A stretch of DNA of 64,000 nt from Octopus vulgaris (taxonomy: Eukaryota), in NCBI GenBank assembly GCA_951406725.2, contig OX597826.1, positions 54,746,001-54,810,000 on the forward strand, read 5' to 3'. Both the position numbers and the translations under genes were made by a program. This document shows, piece after piece, positions 55,907-64,000 of this stretch; the first letter of the stretch is position 1; each line of letters starts with the position of its first letter. The notes below the pieces were generated by a model, which was given only the letters and a program-made list of their open reading frames with translations, was not told where the DNA came from and did not search any database.

Positions 55907-55909
<3 letters not shown>

Positions 55910-56349
55910 TAGTTTTATTTTTATAGCGTGCTTTCACTTCACTACGAGCGCAGCTCTGTGTGCCTTGGGTATGTGCTGTGATTTGTTGTGATGCTCTGAT
56001 GGTTATTGTATGGAAAGTGTTCTGCGTAGGATGTGTGCAGTGCCTAGTAGTGCAATTTTCTGTATGTTATATGTGTTTGTAAGTCCTGGTGTTTTTGTTA
56101 TGTATTTGTCTGAATATTTTTTATCATGCCTAATGCACCTACTATGATAGGAATTGTTTCTGTTTTCAGGTTCCATTCTAGTTACCTCTATTTCCAGGTC
56201 TTTGTATTTTGAGAGTTTCTCCATTTCTTTTAGAGACACGTTGTCATCTGCCGGTATTGATACATCAATTAGAAAGCATTTTTTTCTTCATGATCTCTGA
56301 CAACTATATCTGGTCTGTTGGCCTTAATTTCTCTATCTGTGTGTATCGG

Positions 56350-56350
<1 letters not shown>
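55907..56350 (-). mobile_element. 5'-truncated R4/Dong-like LINE: restriction-like endonuclease end plus 3' UTR, inserted in (TAA)n
   Basis: IKANRPDIVVRDHEEKKCFLIDVSIP..KEMEKLSKYKDLEIE..IQKIALLGTAHILRRTLS* (PD-(D/E)xK motif); (ATT)n on both sides. Confidence 0.9.
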
Positions 56351-56444
<94 letters not shown>

Positions 56445-56445
<1 letters not shown>

Positions 56446-57000
56446 GTGAGAGAGCAGTGCATGTCATCAAAGTGAACCTGGGGTAAAATATACGAAACCT
56501 AGTATACCCATCATGACTACTCGTCTGATATGGGTACACTAGGCACATGCATCACAACCAAATGTGCGCGACATGGTGATCTCATATCAAGATAAACAGC
56601 ACATGACGTTGCAGGTGGGGCCCAGTTAGAATTTTCTTCTGGTCGAGTAGGCCATCCTGCTTACAGGGTCCCTGAATAAGGATTGTTTAAGGATGTTGAA
56701 CGAAACACCCATGTTTCCAGAGGTGAATTATCCAAACCGGAAAGAATCCCTCTCAACACATGGCTATGATGCACCCCCACTACTTCTGCTCGTGATCAGA
56801 GATGCAGATATCGTCAGCCACTAAGAGACATGATCAACTGGTTAAGATCAAACAACTGAAAAGCAAATCTGTAGTATTGAGCAGAATATTTGCTGTAGCC
56901 CATCTTTTATACCAAAAGAAGACAATGTACATGATAACACTTCCAATCAGTTAAGATCAGAAGCCATGAGTGCCACTGTCTGGTACTGTATCAGAGCATT
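56445..57000 (-). mobile_element. Non-coding retroposon-like repeat embedded in trinucleotide tracts, copy 1
   Basis: Highly similar to 57347-57872; one end abuts (ATT)n; short piece also at 52695-52721. Confidence 0.8.
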
Positions 57001-57029
57001 TATCATCATCATCATCATCATCATCATCA

Positions 57030-57083
<54 letters not shown>

Positions 57084-57287
57084 TCATCATCATCATCATC
57101 ATCGTCGTCGTCATCGTCATCATCGTCATCATCGTCGTCATCGTCATCATCGTCATCATCGTCATCATCGTCATCATCATTGTCATCGTCTTCGTCGTCG
57201 TCGTCGACGTTGTTGTTGTTGTTGTCGTCGTGTCATCGTCGTCGTCGTCGTCGTCATCATCATCATCATCATCATCATCATCGTCAT

Positions 57288-57319
<32 letters not shown>

Positions 57320-57346
57320 CTATTATTATTATTATTATTATTGAAT

Positions 57347-57872
57347 ATTAGAGCAGTGCATGCCATCAAAGTGACACTGGGGTAAAATATACAAGCCCAG
57401 TATACCCATCATGACTACCCGTCTGATAAGGGTACATCAAGCACATGCATCACAACCATATGTGCGCGACATGGTGATCTCATATCAAGATAAACAGCAC
57501 ATGACCTTGCAGGTGGGGCCCAGTTAGTGCAATTTTCTTCAGGTTGAGTAGCCCATCCCGCTCAAAAGGTCCCTGAATAAGGGTTGTTTAAGGATGTTGA
57601 AAGAACCACCCATGTTTCCAGAGGTGAATTATTCAAACCCCAAAGAATCCCTCTCAACACATGGCTATGATGCTCCCCCACTACTTCTGCTCGTGATCAG
57701 AGATGCACATATCGTCAGCCACTAAGGGATATGCTCAACTGGTTAAGGTCAAACAACTGACAAGCAAATCTGTGGTATTGAGCAGAATATTTGCATGTAG
57801 CCCATCTTTTATACCAAGACAAAACAAGCCCATCTTTTATACCAAGACAAAACAAAGCCCATCTTTTATACC
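57347..57872 (-). mobile_element. Same repeat, copy 2, with a ~28-bp end segment triplicated
   Basis: Collinear with 56445-56930; agcccatcttttataccaa occurs three times at 57799-57875. Confidence 0.8.
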
Positions 57873-57899
57873 AATTATTATTATTATTATTATTATTAA

Positions 57900-57971
<72 letters not shown>

Positions 57972-57998
57972 CATTATTATTATTAATATTATTATTGA

Positions 57999-58212
57999 AG
58001 GCGGCGAGCAGGAAGAATCGTTAGCACGCCGGGCAAAAAGCTGCTGAGCATTTTGCCTGTTTCTACATTCTGTGCTCCAATTCTACCGAGGCCGACATTG
58101 CCTTTCATCCGTTCAGGATCGATAAAATAAGTACCAGCTGTACACTGGGGTCGATGTTATCGAGTCATCCCCTCTTCCAAAATTGGTGTTCTTCTGGCAA
58201 AATTTGAAAATG
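57999..58212 (+). mobile_element. SINE family A, diverged
   Basis: aggcggcgagcaggaagaatcgttagcacgccgggc..gcctttcatcc..aagtaccag..ctggggtcgatg. Confidence 0.8.
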
Positions 58213-58231
58213 TTATTATTATTATTATTAT

Positions 58232-58297
<66 letters not shown>

Positions 58298-58300
58298 CAT

Positions 58301-58359
<59 letters not shown>

Positions 58360-58384
58360 TTATTATCATTATTATTATTTATTG

Positions 58385-59640
58385 TCTTTGTACAGCTTCT
58401 AACGCTGAAGATATATTATGGTGTCAGCTGTTTACTACTAGTGAACTAAGTACCATCCGGAGTACTCGATCGGTTCCAAGCAGTGCTGTTTTCTGCAAGT
58501 GCTCCACCCTTATTGCAGCCCCTATTTATTCCATATACTTCTGAAGATTTTACTCACTGGTCGCAGGGCTTCAACAATTATTGGTACTACTACCATCTTT
58601 TTCATCGACCACAACTGCTTAACTTCCCACGCTAACCTGTCACATCTATTGACTTTTCTTTCTTCCTTATCGCATCCCTTGTAGTCAGATGGGCATGCTA
58701 TATCTATGATCCAGCATCAATTGCTTTCTTTCTCAATTAACACTGTCTTGCTTCCTATTCTCTATCTCATGGTCGCACTGAATCAGAAAATCCCATAGGA
58801 TCTTTGCATTATCATTTTCGATGATGCCTTCGGGTTATGTTCGTACCACTTTTTTGCTCTGTCAAGTCCATACTTGTTGCAAAGTGTCCAGTGGACAATC
58901 ATTGATATATTGGCATGACGTCTCTTATATTCTTTCTGGGTTAGTGACGTACACTGACTGGTAATACACTTACCACTTTCTGATGTATTGTCTATTTTGT
59001 ATTTGATGTAATTCGTTTTTAATGCTTGCTCTTGGGCAGCACAGATTAGAGCCTCCGCTTCCGGTTTTAAATCACTTTTAGTCACCCTTGGCCATCTTTT
59101 TTCTCTGTTTTATTTTGAACATCCCTACGAAATTGTCCATGTATTTTTTTCTCGATCCACCTGTTTTCATTTTCATTCATTCTCAAATCCTTGTACAGTG
59201 CTTTATCTTTGCTATCTTCCACCCTACACAACCCTGACCTTCTTACTTCCAATAATAGCAGTTCTGTAGCATTTTTTACATACCAATCTACATTGTTTTC
59301 TACTGCTCTAATGCAGTGTTCACAGCCAATCAGTCCTCTTCCCCCTCTTTTTCATGGCACATACAGTCTGTCTGTGTCACTTTTTGGGTGGAGTATTCCA
59401 TATCTAGTCAGCAACTTCCTCGACTTTCTGTTTAAGCTGTTTAGTTCGTCTACTGTCCGTGCGGTTACCCCTACTCCATATCTAACTAGTGAAACCACCC
59501 AGGTGTTGATAGCTTCAATTTTATTCCGTCCGTTTAATTTCGACTTAAGGATCAGTCACAGTCTGCGTAAATACTCCACCTTAAATTTTCTGTCATTTCT
59601 TTCTCCATCAATTTATCCATTTCCAATATTCCCAATGCTG
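58385..59640 (-). mobile_element. Decayed R4/Dong-like LINE 3' portion
   Basis: LKSKLNGRNKIEAINTW, LHPKSDTDRLYVP, SDLKPEAEALICAAQEQALKTNY, EYKRRH..VHWTLC..WYEH, CWIIDIACP; 3' end abuts a trinucleotide tract. Confidence 0.85.
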
Positions 59641-59934
59641 ATCTTGCATTTTCAGAGTTCTGTGTATATATATATACATGCGCGCGCGCGAACACACACG
59701 TACACATATTCCTTGCAGTACTTTTGTATTTTTGCATATTGGATTCATATCCCTTCACCGTCAAAATTGCCTTTCATCCTTTCGGGGTCGATGAAAAATT
59801 TAGCAGCAGTACCAGCCAATGAGCGTGATCGATGATATCAGCGAATACCTTCCCTTCACGGTTTCCAACCTTGTGCCTAAATCAAAAACCATTATTTTCC
59901 TCGCTCCTTATCTCGCTCAAAATAATTCACTTAA

Positions 59935-60290
59935 CGTTTTTCAATGAAGAATAATATAACTCCAAGTTATTAGTGAAACAGCTCAAGTATTGATAGGAAT
60001 TATCTTGTTTTTGGCATTTAACTCAGTTTAAATATTTATCTTATACAATCTATCAATAATCTTTTCTAAAATGTATTTTTTCTTTCCATTTTCTCTGTTT
60101 TGCTTTGGCGAGTTCATTAATTCTTAAACATTTGTAAGTCTGTGTTTGGTCTAATTCTCTTATCTCAGTTTCTTTAACGGAATTGGTATTAGTTTTTCAT
60201 TTGTTCTTTTCAATAGTTTTGGCGAATATATCTAAACCAAATTTTCATACTAGCTTTCTCATTAAATACTTGTTAGTCATCTGCAGGTCA
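59935..60290 (-). mobile_element. Older R4/Dong-like RT fragment
   Basis: Minus strand gives KFGLDIFAK, IRELDQTQTYKCLRINE and TELNAKNKIIPINT*AVSLI, paralleling 7150-7440. Confidence 0.65.
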
Positions 60291-61713
60291 CATATTATTG
60301 TGACTTGCATGCAGAATCACTATTTCTTATCGCATACTATATTCGTTTCTTCGTCCTTTTAGTGGGTTGATTAAAGATGCTGACAAATAAAGAGTGAGAA
60401 TACCTTGGAATATGCTTTTGATAACAACTTGGTAACATCTCTAGACTTTTTTTTACAAATCTTATCTTTTTTCTTTCATTTATGCTGTTATCATTCATTG
60501 TATTTAAATTGCTTCTTAGGATCAGAGAAAGAAGAACGGTATTCATTACGCTTATTTTTAAAACCGCCAAGACTAGTTGAAAAAGAAGCATTCTATCTTG
60601 TCATTGAGAACTTGGCCTCAATAGTTTCAGACTAAACACGATCAAAAGCACCCCAAAAACTATGTGTGGCTTTGAAAATAGGTGATGGATTAAGTATGGA
60701 CAATGTTTGTTCATATCTGAACCAGGTCTAAACAACCACAGTCTTCTTTCTCGTGACACGATCTACCTGCTATCTAAATATTTTTATTCTGATATTGTCG
60801 ACATTATAAGAGCTACCGTTCTGTTTTGCTTAATTGTCAGTGAAATTAGTTTCACTGTTTGTCTAAGTAAAACCATACCATACATATTACGATTTCTTTG
60901 TGATTTCTGTTATATTTGTGGAAATATATATAATAAGTAAACACGGGCTGTTTATTAAAATTATTACCATTTTAATTTGCTGTTAGTTTAGTCATTCCTG
61001 GCGATCCGGGGTGTATGTAACAGTTAACCAGTTCGAAGTAGTTGAAAACGTTACTTCACATATGTATTACTGGCAATAATTTTTGAAATAACGGAAAGAG
61101 CAACAACGTTTATTATTGTACTTGTCTTTCACTTTCCCACTCAACTAATTTTTTACTTATATTTTCCTCATCAAACTTCTTTGCTTCACGGTATGTCACT
61201 TCCCCACTTCTCTTTCTCTCTCTCTCTGTCTGTCTGTCTGTCTCTGCCTCCTCGTATTACATTTCTTCTCTTTCTGTTCCCTCAACTCTCGATATTTCTT
61301 TCATTTTATCTTAGTTTCCTTCCAACTTATGTTACACAATGTTTCAATCAATCTTTATAAATTCATCAATCACTTTCATTTTTCTAATAAAACCACAAAC
61401 ACACACACACAGATACAGACACACAGACACAGACACACAGACACACAGACACACACACAGAGACACAGACACAGACACACAGACACACACACACACACAC
61501 AAATGGCCGTATACAAGAAACATACAATGACATACAATATCATTGTAATAGTTGATTAGTTGCTTATCAGACGCAAAAATCACATCTTAAATACATAAGA
61601 AACATCTTATAGAGAACCAGTGAAGTATTATATCACATTTACATCTTCGTTGATTGGCAGCTTTTGGAAGTATCAGACACCATGGTTTAACTCAAATCTT
61701 GTGGTATAATGTG

Positions 61714-61873
61714 TTATGAAACTGGAGAGGACGCCATTGTTACGCAAGCTACGAGTTCCGTATATGAAATTGTTATGATATACAAATCGCCGTATAACTT
61801 CCGCCTCGCTTCCTTAAAGGCCTGAACCACGTAGCGTCTCATAATTCTTTCATAACGTTGCGAAATATTGTCT
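61714..61873 (-). CDS. Candidate (terminal) coding exon, possibly of a TUT/Cid1-family nucleotidyltransferase
   Basis: Strong acceptor ttttctttcttttcttgtggatcttattgtattttctcag; only one open frame: (R)DNISQRYERIMRRYVVQAFKEARRKLYGDLYIITISYTELVACVTMASSPVS*. Family resemblance is from memory only. Confidence 0.4.
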
Positions 61874-61972
61874 CTGAGAAAATACAATAAGATCCACAAG
61901 AAAAGAAAGAAAAACCAATTTATAATAACATAATACATGTTCGCTTGATATTATTTTCATTGCTTTTTAATA

Positions 61973-62193
61973 TCGGTTTCAAATTTTGGCACAAAACGAG
62001 CAAGTTCATAGGGAGGGAGCATGTTGACTACATCAACCTCAGTACTCAAATGGTGTTGTTTTTTTTTAACGATTCCGAAAGGATGAAAGGCAAAGACGAC
62101 CTCAGCGGAATTTGAATTCAAAACGGAAAGACTGTTATGAAATGCTGCTAAGCATTTTTCCCGGTGCGATAACGATTCTGTCAGCTCGCCGCC
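61973..62193 (-). mobile_element. SINE family A, diverged
   Basis: ccgaaaggatgaaaggcaaagacgacctcagcggaatttgaa..aacgattctgtcagctcgccgcc. Confidence 0.8.
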
Positions 62194-62239
62194 CTGTCAT
62201 TGCTTTTAATATCAGTAATATTTAGAGTAGAGATAAATA

Positions 62240-62791
62240 TTGGGTTGTCCAGGCAGTTCGTGCCGATTTATAGTAGCTTATCTTTAGACTTATTTTAGAA
62301 CATGGTTGAGTCCATAAAATAGGATTTGACTACAGCATTTAGAGCAGTTTAAGCTATCTTTTCGTGGAAGAAGGTTTATGTTCCTATAACCTGAATTAAT
62401 TCTGTAACCCTTTAAAATAGAAGATAAGAAAGTTCATTTTCGGCACTTGCAACCATACAAAAATTGCTACGGCGTGGCTGGGATATGTCACCCCACCCTC
62501 CATATTCACCAGATTTTACTCCTTCGGATTTCCACTTATTTAGGTCTCTGCAGAATAGTCTTAATGGTAAAAATTTCAATCCGTTGGATGATATAAAAAG
62601 ATACCTTGATGAATTCTTTGCCATGAAACCACCTCAATTCTGGGAAGAGTGTTTTTTCAAGTTAAAGGAAAGATGGAGACGCATTGTGCAACAAAATGCT
62701 TCATATTTGGTTGATTAAAAATGTAATGGCAAGTATTTATTGACATTTTTCTTTCCTTTAAAAATCAGCACGAACTTTCCGGACAACCCTA
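62240..62791 (+). mobile_element. Second copy of the internally deleted mariner element
   Basis: TA-ttgggttgtccaggcagttcgtgccgattt ... aaatcagcacgaactttccggacaaccct; PHPPYSPDFTPSDFHLFRSLQN. Confidence 0.92.
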
Positions 62792-63254
62792 TATATACGT
62801 TAAGGTGAAACTATTAGTGATCAGCTGACATTGAGATGAGAGTGTTATTAGAGGGTCCGAAAAATAGTTTATAGTACTTGCTTCAGCTTTTTATGTGCAG
62901 AGTTCAAATTCAACCAAGGTCACTTTTGTCTTACATATTTTCGAGGTTCGTAAAATGAAGTACTAATCAAGTACTGCGTTAATAGTATCAACTAACTCCC
63001 TTATCCTGAAAAATTGCTGACTTTGATCCTAATTTAGAAGCGATTATTGCCTGGCCTAACAATCAAATCACACAACTGTGAACGTAGCTGCCTCCAGCTT
63101 CATCAGCGTTCGTTATAGCTTTCGCCATTTCATAATGGCGATATGGCAGCTTATAACAGTAATGAAAATTATATAACGAGGGATAATTTAGCATGTAAAA
63201 CAAACACCACAATATAATTTCAGTGAGTCTTGAACAATATTTATTTCAAATTAT

Positions 63255-63510
63255 GACACAATTATTCTTTAGTATGATCGGATTCCAACCGGGCCGCAAC
63301 AACAAAGTCTACCCGCCACACTGCTCGGTCTGTCATCACTGCCTGGTGGTTTTGGATACATTCCAGGTCAGTGTCGATGTAAATGTGACGACATATTCTT
63401 CTTCTTACATCATCATGAAGTGGGTTCCACAATACTAATTTGGGTGATACTCCTTCAAGGTGGTGCACGCAGTGACCAGAAGCTCTCAGCTGTGTTTGCT
63501 TGAACTTGTC
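63255..63510 (-). mobile_element. RTE-like LINE 3' end
   Basis: PKLVLWNPLHDDVRRRICRHIYIDTDL..QAVMTDRAVWR resembles the RTE C-terminus (LVLW.P.HG.R..GRP..TYID....M.DR..WR). Confidence 0.65.
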
Positions 63511-63825
63511 ATTAACTTTCGGCAGGTCTCCATAAAGGCATTCATTTATCCTATGTTGCTGCTATTTCGAATTTAGGGCCATTCGTAGCATCCTTGTGTA
63601 GCATCCATTTAACCCGTTTGATAATTTCTATGTTAGTGTCCATGTTTCATTGACACAATGACAGCAATTTTAGTGGTGGTGGTGGAGTTAGACTATTATA
63701 TCGAACACAGTGTTCAATTGATACTTTCTTATCGACCTTGGTTGGAGGAAATGTAGACGCTAAGGATTCAAATTTTGTCCCAATGTCTGCAATTTTTATG
63801 GTATACTCTTACTCTCTTTACTGGT

Positions 63826-64000
63826 TTCAGTCGTTTGACTGCGGTCATGCTGGAACATCACCCTTAGTCGAATAAAATCGACACCAGGAATTTGTAAGCC
63901 TAGTACTTATTCTATCGGCCTCTTTTTGCCGAACTGCTAGGTGATGGGGACGTAGACACACCAGCACTGGTTGTCAAGCGATGTTGGGGGGATAAACACA
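63826..64000 (-). mobile_element. SINE family B, 3' half, cut by window end
   Basis: ctcttactctcttta..tttcagtc.tttgactgcggtcatgctgga..gtacttattctatcgg. Confidence 0.8.

Overview
AT-rich eukaryotic (animal) genomic DNA, essentially intronic or intergenic, with no intact long ORF. The extreme density of (TA)n, (CA)n, (TATC)n, (TACA)n, (TAA)n and (GAT)n microsatellites and the SINE families present suggest a coleoid cephalopod, probably Octopus (inference, not verified). Nearly all long ORFs in the track are microsatellite artefacts. Supportable content: three abundant tRNA-derived SINE families (one repeatedly dimeric), decayed R4/Dong-like non-LTR retrotransposons associated with (TAA)n tracts, RTE-like and Penelope-like (GIY-YIG) remnants, Tc1/mariner fragments and MITEs, and minisatellites in a ~1.8 kb polypyrimidine tract. 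The most interesting signals: (i) three unrelated short elements combining a long inverted repeat with a minimal hammerhead-ribozyme-like motif (Penelope pLTR/retrozyme-like); (ii) two inverted, locally templated copies of parts of a (GAT)n tract; (iii) a few splice-site-bounded candidate exons, including a minus-strand exon resembling the end of a TUT/Cid1-type nucleotidyltransferase PAP-associated region. All alignments were done by eye; repeat boundaries are approximate.
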